DNA of 55,558 bases from positions 1-55,558 of IMG/VR virus record IMGVR_UViG_3300048821_000030. One strand, given 5' to 3'. Origin of the DNA: a virus (Duplodnaviria > Caudoviricetes). The stretch's first letter is position 1. Every line of letters starts with the position of its first letter. The notes beneath the pieces are model-generated. The model did no database searches and was not told where the DNA came from. It saw only the letters and a program-made list of their open reading frames with translations. A program made the translations under genes and the position numbers. This document shows positions 8,816-18,000 of this stretch, piece by piece.

Positions 8816-9238
8816 TCCAAATTTTGGGGAACTATCCCTTTAACTCCCTGAACTGTTTTGGGCTCAACGCAACGATCCGTTGAGCACCGTTGATGGTTGC
8901 GATTACTCTTGCTGGAGACTCGCTGATGTCTATTACTTCCCCTTCTTCGATCCAGCCATGAAAACAAGGGTATTCAAGCGACGGCTCTACGGTAAGCAAA
9001 GCAAATTTATCGCCGGTACGTTTCCATTGTGGGTTTTGCCAAGGTGCGGCATCTTTGCTATCTACCGGATTCGAGAAATAGACAGCAAGACGGTGGGAGG
9101 GTCCACACTTCGGGCAATCAAGAATAAGCCCTTCGCCACTGTTCGGCCTCAGCAGCCCACACCACTTCGGATTTAGATCAAGCAAGTGAGTCATTTTTTG
9201 CTCCACGGGAGTTAAAGGGATAGTTCCCAAATTTTGGA
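8816..9238. repeat. 32-33-bp inverted repeat pair (8816-8848 and 9207-9238) bracketing one gene
   Basis: 22-bp perfect core GGGAACTATCCCTTTAACTCCC at 8827-8848, reverse complement at 9207-9228; each arm ends in a TCCAAA-palindrome variant. Confidence 0.9.
8832..9194 (-). CDS. DUF6527-like Cys/His protein
   Basis: CPKC..H, W.R.G, LTVEPSL, CFHGWI..G.V; start re-called at MTHLLD. Confidence 0.55.
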   Translation of the reverse strand: MTHLLDLNPKWCGLLRPNSGEGLILDCPKCGPSHRLAVYFSNPVDSKDAAPWQNPQWKRTGDKFALLTVEPSLEYPCFHGWIEEGEVIDISESPARVIATINGAQRIVALSPKQFRELKG

Positions 9239-9337
9239 ATCCCGCGTTCCCGGTTAGGCGTATACGCGGACCCACGCCATTAAGACGGCCTACACTGAAC
9301 CGTTCCGGTTTCCGACAGCGGCGAGACTGACGGAATC

Positions 9338-10759
9338 TCAATCAGGTAAGTAGTCAGCCCACGATTCCTCTCCAGTGCAGAGCTTTTCCATCCACTCGTA
9401 CTTCCCAACTTCAAGGTCGGAAAGATGCTGCTCTGCGCGGTCTGGATACATGGCCGCGAGTACCTTCTTGATGTTCTCTTCCGTGAAGCCGGTCGTCTTC
9501 TTGTTCTGGCTGGCAATGCTGTAGAGCCGCTGCGCCCGCCTCCTTCCGATTGTCCCCGGCTTCGTCGTCGTCGGCAAATTCGAGGCCGTTGTTACCTGCC
9601 CGTTCTTCTTCAAGTCCTCGATCACCGCTTGGCCCTCGGGTTGCTTCTCGCCAAACATTTCATCGGCCACAGCCGCTGCATCCGGCGCCAGCGTCTTCTC
9701 CTCAACCTTCGTGACCTCTCCCTCTTGAACTGGAGATAGTTCAATCAAAGCCGCACAGGACCAAAAATCACCCTTCTCGTTTTGTGCGCTCTTCAGTTTG
9801 TCAGTCCACTTGCGAACCGCACGGAACTTGATGAAGTTACCCGCTATCATGTCGCCGTCGATGTTCTTCTCATCCACGGCTATGATTAAGGGTTCTCCCT
9901 TGACTGTGATCCAAAGACTGCCGCTCTTGGCTTGCTTGGCGCTTTCGATGATGCCGGAGATTTCCTTCTCGTTAGTCGCGGCAGCGGTCCCACCAGTCGT
10001 TGAACCAGTCGTCGTCGCATTCCCCGAAACCGCCTGGGCCGAAGTCTTTGTGTCCGCCTCCTTCGCGGCCTTCTCGCTGGCACGGGTCGGCTGCTGGACC
10101 GGAGGCTTCGTTTCACGTCCACCACCGCCGCGATCAAAGTCCTCATGGCCGGTCAATTCCTCGGCTGGCGTCGGCTTGTACCCGGCGAGTACGACAAACC
10201 ATGAGAAAACACCCTTGAGAGCCTTCGCCTCCGCGCGTGTCTGCGCCATCGACCTAAGCTGAAAGAGAGGCTTGCTCTTAGTCCCCGCCGCTACCTTTTC
10301 CGCCTCGTAACCGCCCTTACCTTTACGCAGATTGGCGTTCCAAATCTTTTTTCCGTTGGCGTCGAGTTTGTCCTTCCACTCGTAAACCGTAACGTCTCCC
10401 CAATTTTCTTCTTCGTCTAAACACATCGACTCCGCGCGGCCAATCTCGTTCATCGTGTTCATGTCGATCACAACCGCAACGGCTTCGAATCCCCTCGTTG
10501 TGCCGCCGTTCCCATCAGGAAACTCAACATAGTGGGTTTCAATGCTTTTTGCTGTGCAGTTAAAGAAGCGACCCGCCGTACCCCAGTCCTCTCGCTCAAG
10601 GTATTGTTCATTGTTGAACACCACCTTGTTTTCTTTCATATCAAGGACGTTCTTCAACGCAACAGCGGCTTTCTTTGCCTGAGCTAATACCTCTTCCGGC
10701 TCACGCCACTGCGCAAGCGCCGATGATCCTTCGTAGTGCGTGATTGCCGTAGTGCTCAT
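9338..10759 (-). CDS. Putative single-strand annealing recombinase with long C-terminal extension
   Basis: SMAQTRA..KA and GY.PTPAEE motifs; located between exonucleases. Confidence 0.55.
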   Translation of the reverse strand: MSTTAITHYEGSSALAQWREPEEVLAQAKKAAVALKNVLDMKENKVVFNNEQYLEREDWGTAGRFFNCTAKSIETHYVEFPDGNGGTTRGFEAVAVVIDMNTMNEIGRAESMCLDEEENWGDVTVYEWKDKLDANGKKIWNANLRKGKGGYEAEKVAAGTKSKPLFQLRSMAQTRAEAKALKGVFSWFVVLAGYKPTPAEELTGHEDFDRGGGGRETKPPVQQPTRASEKAAKEADTKTSAQAVSGNATTTGSTTGGTAAATNEKEISGIIESAKQAKSGSLWITVKGEPLIIAVDEKNIDGDMIAGNFIKFRAVRKWTDKLKSAQNEKGDFWSCAALIELSPVQEGEVTKVEEKTLAPDAAAVADEMFGEKQPEGQAVIEDLKKNGQVTTASNLPTTTKPGTIGRRRAQRLYSIASQNKKTTGFTEENIKKVLAAMYPDRAEQHLSDLEVGKYEWMEKLCTGEESWADYLPD

Positions 10760-10770
10760 CTCACCCTCCA

Positions 10771-11478
10771 TTACTCCGGTGCTCCTGCCATGAATTCCGA
10801 TTTGAACTGGTAGCCATCTCTCTCTGCTTCCCAGTCTGATTGCTTTTGCCCCTTCCACCAGATTTTCTTATCGGGGTTCCAGCGGAAGTTGAAGTCTTTT
10901 GCTTTCTGATTGTCGTTGTACGTTACCAACGCCTGAACGTATATGACAGGCTCTTTAGACCGCGCAATGATGGCGTCGAGGTCGTAGTTGGAAGCAATCT
11001 TCAGCATCGTCAAAACATCAAATAAAGACCTGTGCTTCCACGGAGAAACGAATCCGTGCTCAGCCGCCAAGTGTGTAAGGTTCCGCGTCTTGACGCCCTC
11101 TGGGTACTTAATGTCTTCCATGCTACAAAGCCACGGAACCTGCCACTCTCCTTGGCCCGTCCTTACCCTTGCGGCTTCGATGAAGCCTCGATCAAACTTG
11201 GCATTGTGGGCCATCGTGTAATCGGCCAGCATACGAATCGTCCACAACCGCTCACACGCCTCTTCTTCCAGAATGCCGTACTTGAGAATCATCTCCGGTG
11301 TGATGCCGGTCAACTTCACTATTTCTTCGGGGATTTCAATTTCGTGGTCTACCAGTATTGAAATCATTTGAACTGGAATTTTCGTATCCCAATCCCATAA
11401 CACCGCCGCGATCTCGATGATCCTGTCCGGCTCAGGTTCAAGCCCTGTAGTCTCCGTGTCCAAACCCAATACGAGCAT
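10771..11478 (-). CDS. DnaQ-like DEDDh 3'-5' exonuclease
   Basis: LDTETTG, AHNAKFD, HRSLFD. Confidence 0.92.
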   Translation of the reverse strand: MLVLGLDTETTGLEPEPDRIIEIAAVLWDWDTKIPVQMISILVDHEIEIPEEIVKLTGITPEMILKYGILEEEACERLWTIRMLADYTMAHNAKFDRGFIEAARVRTGQGEWQVPWLCSMEDIKYPEGVKTRNLTHLAAEHGFVSPWKHRSLFDVLTMLKIASNYDLDAIIARSKEPVIYVQALVTYNDNQKAKDFNFRWNPDKKIWWKGQKQSDWEAERDGYQFKSEFMAGAPE

Positions 11479-11513
11479 TTACCCCTCCCTCGTCCACTCC
11501 AAAATTTGGAGTC

Positions 11514-11831
11514 CTAACCTTTTGGTTCCTTCAGAGATTCCCACTGACCGAGCGTAGACCGAAGTCTCTGAAGTTCATCCTTAGAACTCTCAACCTTTTT
11601 CTTCGCCCGCCTGACCGCTTCAGCCTTAGCCTCCACAAAGGACGAAAAGAAGTCGTCGCGGCTTTCTCTGCGCTCTCTTGTCCTGTGCGACCGATCAAAC
11701 CTTATTTCATCTTCCAAATAAGTGACGAAGTGATCTGTAACGGCCACAACCCTGACTGGTTCAATCTCCACAGAGTACCGCTTTATTCTCCACCACACCC
11801 CAATAGGTTCGCGCACCACTTTCGACTCCAT
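11514..11831 (-). CDS. Hypothetical phage protein
   Basis: 105-aa ORF coupled to upstream gene. Confidence 0.6.
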   Translation of the reverse strand: MESKVVREPIGVWWRIKRYSVEIEPVRVVAVTDHFVTYLEDEIRFDRSHRTRERRESRDDFFSSFVEAKAEAVRRAKKKVESSKDELQRLRSTLGQWESLKEPKG

Positions 11832-12220
11832 CAGCCCTCCCTCAACTTCCTGACCACTTCAATTTCCGCTTCCGTGAGAACCGCTTTGCCGTTCAAGTAA
11901 AAACGACCATGAAGCAATTCCTTCCGCAGTTTCTTCAGTTCCTCAACTTCAAAATCAGTCAATACGGCTTTCTCGTTCAACCGGACAAACTTGTTCGTTC
12001 CGTACAGGTCAACCAAAGCCACAATCCGAGCAAGCGAGGGAATCAATTTTTCTTGCTCCCAACGGGATACCGACGATTGGTTGCAGCCATTCAGCTTTTC
12101 AGCCACATTCAAGAGCGACAGTTTCGACGCGATCCTTGCAGATGTAAGAGCCTTGCCATTCACCGTAAGCAGTTTCGTTTCTTTGTACATAACGAAGATA
12201 GTGTTGCACGTTAATTCCAT
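11831..12220 (-). CDS. XRE HTH regulator with duplicated C-terminal motif
   Basis: LSLLNVAEKL.GCNQSSVSRWE...PS; start uncertain. Confidence 0.75.
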   Translation of the reverse strand: MELTCNTIFVMYKETKLLTVNGKALTSARIASKLSLLNVAEKLNGCNQSSVSRWEQEKLIPSLARIVALVDLYGTNKFVRLNEKAVLTDFEVEELKKLRKELLHGRFYLNGKAVLTEAEIEVVRKLREG

Positions 12221-12318
12221 ACCGTCAAATAGCACCATGCTGCGGCTTTGCCCATTCCAAATTTTGGAATCGCGTTTCTGGTTGCAAGTCGATGTAGGCA
12301 CAATAGATAATGATTTTC

Positions 12319-12573
12319 ATGAAGACTCAGAAGCCCAAAACCGTGAAGAAGCAGACCATCAAGAAGGCCGTCAAGAAGACCCCATCGAAGCCAAAGGTGA
12401 AGCTGTCGAAGGCCGACCCCTCGTACTACGCCAAAATCGGCGCGATCAGTGCGGCCAAAAGAAAGATCTCTAAAGAGTTCTTTTCTGCCATGGCGGTCAA
12501 AAGTCATGCGGCTGGTTCCCGCCCAGACAGATACAAAGGGGGACGCAAGCCTAAGCCCACAGAAGAGGCATAG
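12319..12573 (+). CDS. Small Lys-rich basic protein (KGG/stress-protein-like)
   Basis: YYAKIG, FFSAMA, KGGRK; TTGCAA-18-GATAAT promoter upstream. Confidence 0.6.
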   Translation: MKTQKPKTVKKQTIKKAVKKTPSKPKVKLSKADPSYYAKIGAISAAKRKISKEFFSAMAVKSHAAGSRPDRYKGGRKPKPTEEA

Positions 12574-13609
12574 TCGGGGAGCCTAGCCTCTCCGGTCGAT
12601 ACCCTGCGGCTTTCCACGCCTCCCACGGAACTCCATCCGGCCACTGCTTGCTAGGCTTGTCGTAGGCCCCGATTACCCACCGCTGAAACCCCACCAACTC
12701 CTGAGTCCTCACGAACGGCATCGGGTACGGCCTTGCGCCGAACTCCCGCAGCCGCTTTCTACGATGGTCCCAGGTTGCGAAGGCTTTGTCGTAGGGCCAG
12801 TATCCACACAGGATGTAGACCATGATGTGATCCGGCTTCACACCGTACTTGACGAGTCGTTCTAACCCAGCAATGAGTATGTCTTCATCTGGCAGGTTGT
12901 CCCAGGCTGTATAGATGCGCTTGACCGTCATTCCATCGTCGCGGTAATCAACTGAGGCAATCGCTTCCGCTGCTTCGTCGGTAAGGAATCGCGCATTGAT
13001 ACCCTGATTGAAACTGACCTTGAATCCGCCTTCCCGTATTTCTGCTATCCGCTGCCGCCACTCCGGTTGGCCGAAGAAATCATTATCGAGCAAGTGGAGG
13101 TGTCTCGGATACGGGTCGCCGCGCCACACCTGATAGACATTCTGAATCCCCTTCAATTCCGGTTCTTTGCTTGGGACCGCGCAGAACCCGCATTTCTTGC
13201 GGCATCCACGCTGCGTAAAGCCAAGAGACGCCTGATAGGTTGGGAACCATGAGTAATCTAGGCACTCTGCGGTTTCGCCGATGTCGATGCCTAACTTCTC
13301 TATCGTCGTCGGCTTTGAGGCGATTACCGGAGACAGTGGGACGAGTTCCCCTTTTCTGGCCGGGTCAATGCCTGTTCCGCCAAGATGCGCTTGCGGGTAC
13401 CTGCGCTTGAATCTTTCAGCCAGCGGAATCGTCTTCCGAAAGATAGCAGAACCGTACACTAGATCCGGTTCGCGGCCAAACATGGTCACTTCAAAGGCCG
13501 CTCCGAACCGATATTCAATCTCATCTCCGCGTAAACGATGATGCGTTGCGATCCTCATCAAAGCAAGGTTCGGCAACTTTCCGTCAAGTTGGCAGAGCAT
13601 TACGCGCAT
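12551..13609 (-). CDS. Radical SAM protein
   Basis: TQRGCRKKCGFC (CxxxCxxC), PNLALM, LLDNDFF, FNQG; start re-called at MRVMLC. Confidence 0.88.
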   Translation of the reverse strand: MRVMLCQLDGKLPNLALMRIATHHRLRGDEIEYRFGAAFEVTMFGREPDLVYGSAIFRKTIPLAERFKRRYPQAHLGGTGIDPARKGELVPLSPVIASKPTTIEKLGIDIGETAECLDYSWFPTYQASLGFTQRGCRKKCGFCAVPSKEPELKGIQNVYQVWRGDPYPRHLHLLDNDFFGQPEWRQRIAEIREGGFKVSFNQGINARFLTDEAAEAIASVDYRDDGMTVKRIYTAWDNLPDEDILIAGLERLVKYGVKPDHIMVYILCGYWPYDKAFATWDHRRKRLREFGARPYPMPFVRTQELVGFQRWVIGAYDKPSKQWPDGVPWEAWKAAGYRPERLGSPTMPLLWA

Positions 13610-13617
13610 ATTCTCCG

Positions 13618-13627
13618 AGTATATACT
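13618..13627. promoter_or_regulatory. Bidirectional -10 element AGTATATACT
   Basis: Palindrome supplies TATACT on both strands, 6 nt before ATG 13634 (+) and 8 nt before ATG 13609 (-). Confidence 0.6.
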
Positions 13628-13633
13628 GCGAAC

Positions 13634-14272
13634 ATGTCCGATATTCCTCAACGCTGGCTCAGTCTCACTGGCATAAGCGCCACTCTCAACTTGACCGGCA
13701 CTCAGATTAAGCTCCTCCACAAACAGCGATACCTCGTGCGGATCGGGAAGCGCCCCCAGGACTACCGATACCTCGACCCCACCCCCGAGTACGCCGAACG
13801 CCTACGGCTTGCGGCGGTCATGCTCTCAAAAAACTCCCAGGTCAACATCGACCTCCCCATGACCTTCCTGCTCACAGCTAGGGAGGTTGCGGAGATTATG
13901 GGCTGGAGTTTGCGCTATGCCAGAGACTTCCTCGAAGACACTAAAGCACCTTGCTGGAAGGCGAAAAACAGGGCTAAACTATTTTCCGTATCAACCGTGA
14001 GAGACCTTCTGTTCAAAAGACAGGGCAGGCACCTACACAAACAAAAGGCTCCGTTCCTGTTGCCCGAATTAGTAGCCTTTGCCAAGCGGTTTATCGACTC
14101 CGAGGCCGCTATCGTCCCAACCGACGAGCAATTCAAAGCCGATGCGGAACTCCAAAAAAAGATGGAATTAGTCATGCGACAGAGCAGCCCCGGCAGGGAG
14201 GTCATGCTGGCTGATCTTTTGGAGAAACTGGAGTTGGCGAAACAGGTAGTCCAAACTTTGGAATCTAAATGA
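13634..14272 (+). CDS. HTH DNA-binding protein (Xis/HTH_17-like)
   Basis: LLTAREVAEIMGWS; leaderless start MSDIPQ removes the overlap with the radical SAM gene. Confidence 0.6.
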   Translation: MSDIPQRWLSLTGISATLNLTGTQIKLLHKQRYLVRIGKRPQDYRYLDPTPEYAERLRLAAVMLSKNSQVNIDLPMTFLLTAREVAEIMGWSLRYARDFLEDTKAPCWKAKNRAKLFSVSTVRDLLFKRQGRHLHKQKAPFLLPELVAFAKRFIDSEAAIVPTDEQFKADAELQKKMELVMRQSSPGREVMLADLLEKLELAKQVVQTLESK

Positions 14273-14410
14273 TGCAGACAGGATTGGGTACCTGCCGACC
14301 GTTGGCCCGTTTATGAAGCGCCTCTAAATGCTTCCCGGTACGCCTAATTGTTCCGCGCGAACTCACGCCGCATCATGTAGGCAGTATACACCTAATTCCA
14401 AATTTTGGAA

Positions 14411-14605
14411 TCAGCGTGAGGCTTTGCGGGTCTTCGCCTTGCGCTTCCCGGCCTTCTTCACTGCGGCGTTGGCCCCACGAATCGCTCGCGCATCGTCCCC
14501 GGTTCGCTCAAGGATGGAATTTGCGACCTTACTCCACTGGCGCTTGCGCTTCGGAGACTTGGCGCGGTGTGTTTTGTTGTGCGCGTCTTTCGCTGTCCAT
14601 GGCAT
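14411..14605 (-). CDS. Small basic phage protein
   Basis: MPWT..DA..K...RQW..VAN..L...GDDARAIR.ANAAV. Confidence 0.65.
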   Translation of the reverse strand: MPWTAKDAHNKTHRAKSPKRKRQWSKVANSILERTGDDARAIRGANAAVKKAGKRKAKTRKASR

Positions 14606-14611
14606 TGCGGT

Positions 14612-15064
14612 TTATCTCCGTGATGCTTTTTCCCACTCGATCATGCCTTCGAGCCAAAGTTTGCGGCTTTCGGAATGCAACTTGGCAGCATTAGTGCAGA
14701 TTGCGCGTCCCTCTGCGCTTAGTTTGCCAGACTTGGAAAATAATTCACGAATGCTGCGGCTAATTTTAACCAACCCAGCCTCTATCTGAGTAACCCCAGA
14801 GACTACCTTGTTGCCTTCTGCGATGAATTTTCCGCCATCCTCTTGACGCTCTTCGGCTCGATAAGATTCTTCAAAGAGCCTATCCGCTTCGGCGCGGAGA
14901 CCATCAGACGTGTCACTAATCCTGTCCGACTCCTCTGATAACTTATCGGCTTCGTCGAAGAGTTTATCGGCTTCGTCGAAGAGTTTATCGGCTTCGTCGA
15001 AGAGACTGTTCCCTTCAACAAAAATCCCGATGCTGTCTTCAAATTTCTTCTGGGCAGCGTCCAT
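14612..15064 (-). CDS. Heptad-repeat coiled-coil protein
   Basis: (LFDEADK)x3 plus degenerate heptads; own TATACT -10 and AAGGAG SD. Confidence 0.65.
   Translation of the reverse strand: MDAAQKKFEDSIGIFVEGNSLFDEADKLFDEADKLFDEADKLSEESDRISDTSDGLRAEADRLFEESYRAEERQEDGGKFIAEGNKVVSGVTQIEAGLVKISRSIRELFSKSGKLSAEGRAICTNAAKLHSESRKLWLEGMIEWEKASRR
14943..15004. repeat. 21-bp tandem repeat x3
   Basis: TTATCGGCTTCGTCGAAGAGT repeated three times. Confidence 0.95.
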
Positions 15065-15096
15065 TTACTTTCTCCTTGTTAGCAGTATAGCGCCAA

Positions 15097-18000
15097 TCAT
15101 CTCGGTGGCGGTTTGATTCCCATTACACTCTCAAACGGCGGGAACTGCCTTAAAGCCGGGACTTGACCTTCAAGGTACTTCCCTACAGATTGCTTGATCT
15201 TCTCAGGTTTCTTCAACGGCATTCTTCGGCCGGACTCGATCTGGCCGATGCGGGCAAGCTCCTCAGCCGTCTTGAACAAATCATCGTAAAAGCTGCCCGC
15301 GATATGTTCAACCAAGTCTGGAACCATGTACTCGAATCCCTTTCCTGCTTTCTTCAGTTCTCCAGCCGCAAGGTCAAGGAACGGATTCGTTACAGATCTC
15401 ACCATATCCCATCCGTAAGCCAGCGTGTAGCCGTCGACGATGAACTTCAAAAGCTCTGCGGCTTCGGGATGCTCGAACGTCTGCTTCAGATTCTCGATGT
15501 ACGTGTCCCAGGAGTCCTTTTCATGCTTGTGGCCGGTGAGCCCTTCAAAGCCCTTGTGGATGACGTGCTTCGCTCCAGCGCCGGTTGCCGCTAGCATCTG
15601 GCCGAGGATGGGTGAGGCTACCAATGCGTAAGCCAGCGGCTTGTAATTGTGGTGAACCACAACCTCTTCGTAAAGTTGCTCTCTCAAGAGTGATGTTGCC
15701 TTCAGGGTGAAAGACTCAAGAGCATAGGTTAACCGCACGGCCCTGAATAGTCCAATTGCCGGCTTTGACGCTCCCTTGGCGATTTCGTGCCTTGCCAACT
15801 GTGGCATCTGAAGTGGGTCGTCCGAGAATGTAGTGAGGTTGGCAAACGCAGTTTGAGCCCGCCCAATATCCCCTGGTGAGAATCGTCCGCTCGCAACTGC
15901 ATCGTCAATCGATCCATTTCCAATCAGGAACGTATCGCTCAAGAGCCTGCGCGTGTTCTCTGCGTCCCTGCCTCCCCTCTTCAGTTCCTTGATAGCGTAC
16001 TGATCGAGATACACTCTTGCGGATTCGCCTGAGAGTGCTCTGACCATCTTGTATGACGCTTCAAACATTTCTTTACGAAGAATCTGTCTTACCGGAGCGG
16101 CTTGTCTTTCACCGAAGACAATATCCGCTGCGCTCAACTGCCGCGTCAAAACTCCAACGTATCCGGCGTTTTCCATTACTTCTCTTGGATGAATTGCCAG
16201 ATGCGCGAAAGCCTTTGCCAGCGGCAACACTTTACCATGCATTCCAATTGGAACCAACCCTAAGTGGAACGGGATCTTGAAAGCAGAATACGTCATTTTC
16301 GATGCGGCTTCATATGCGATGGCCGCGTTGTAAATCTTAGCCGTTATGTCATTCCAATTCTGCGGCTCAAGCGTACTGCGGAACATCGATTGCAAAGTCT
16401 CGATGCCGTTGATGTCGTTGATCTTCCTGATTTCAGTGTTGAGCTTCTGATTCTCAGGCCCAAAGTTCCTCGCCTGCGCTGTCGCCTCCGCTACTTGATC
16501 GAAGTATCCGACAAGAGTTGGATAGTCCCTCTTGATGTACGGGAAGTTTACTTCTCTTGCCCGGTGAATGTTGCTCAGGACCGGCGCCTTCGGAGTGTGC
16601 CGATTCAGATATTCGTATACCTGTTGATAGGTATACGGCTTTAACTCGGGGATGTTGGCGATGATCCGCTTTCTGATCTCCTCGTTCTTCTCCTTCATCA
16701 TTTCGCGGAGGTCTAACTTCTTTCCGGTTTTCGGATCAGTAACTTCCTGATCCCAGTTGATGCGATGCGGATAGTACTTCGGATCTTCACCGAAGTCCTT
16801 GCCATAACGGGCAACAATCTTCCCGGTGTGGTCTCTCACTCCGACTCCGGACTTAGACAAGTCTTCATGGGCCATCCGCATCATGTCTGAGAGATCTGCG
16901 GCTATGGCGTTGATTCGAGGATCGGCGCTCGTCTCCTTCTCCTGCCCTTCCAACACACGGGTTATCGTCCAAACGGCTTTCTTGTCGTCGGTCTTAATGC
17001 CGTTACGCTTGAACGTGTCCTCCATTAGATTCCAATACTGACTTCTGGCTACGTCGTAGTCGGCCCTGTAGTTGCGGTTCATCAACTTCAGGTTCTTTCC
17101 GACTTCCGGCTTTCCTGCTCTGCGGGCGATGTTCTCCATGCCCAATTCTTGACTCAGAATGAGCCCGTAGTAGGGGAAAGGTCTTCCGCTTCTCAGTTGA
17201 GAATCCATTGACTGACGTGCTGTGTTTGTTTTGTCCCGGTCCAGGGGTAAATCTGTTTCGGTTGTGGCCGTTGCCGCCGACAACCCGACTGCGGTTTTGA
17301 CTTCTGTAGATTCCAAATTTTGGAGTTCTGCCGGGACTGCCCTCCCAGACGCCACGGCGTTTCCAAGCCTGTCAATTTCATTCTTTGCCCTTGCATCCTC
17401 CGGCGAGTCTGGAGGCCGCAACTCAAACTTCGACTGGTAGAGACTGCTCCAGTCCCCTCCGGCGACAGCCTCCCCATACTTCATACCCTTGTGTTTCGCT
17501 TCTTCCGCCGATGGAAAACTGATCGCAGACCAATCCTGAATGCCTACATTCCTCTGCTTTGAACGTACTTGGAACTGGGTAGCATTGACCTTCATTTCGT
17601 TGCCTTCGGCATAGGCTAACTGGTCTTGACGCTCCCTCACTTTCTCTTCGTCGGTGTACGTCGACATCACGTTTGCAAGTGAGTCTTTCTCTCCCAACAC
17701 TGCGGCCCGGAGCGCCTTCATGCGGGGTCCAACCTTCGTCTGCATGAGGCGAATGTCCGGCTCTGAGTCGGTTGCCAAAAAGACTGCGTGGACATCGGAC
17801 TTGACGCCAAACCGCCACGGCCGGCCCATCGCCTGCTCTAACAGGACACCTGAGTACGGCGGTCCAAGGTAGATTGCGACTATCGGCTTGTCCCCTCCTT
17901 TGACATTAAGCTCTGGATAGTCGGCATCGTGCATGTCAACCCCGATACCGCCTCCCGCATAACTCGCATACAGCATTGGAACTTCTCCCTTGAGAAAGTC

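Noticed and set aside
13538-13720. Apparent head-to-head overlap of the radical SAM and HTH ORFs
   Set aside because: Disappears when the starts are re-called at 13609 and 13634.
14943-15004. Possible CRISPR array
   Set aside because: Direct tandem repeats without spacers, in frame within a CDS; no cas genes.
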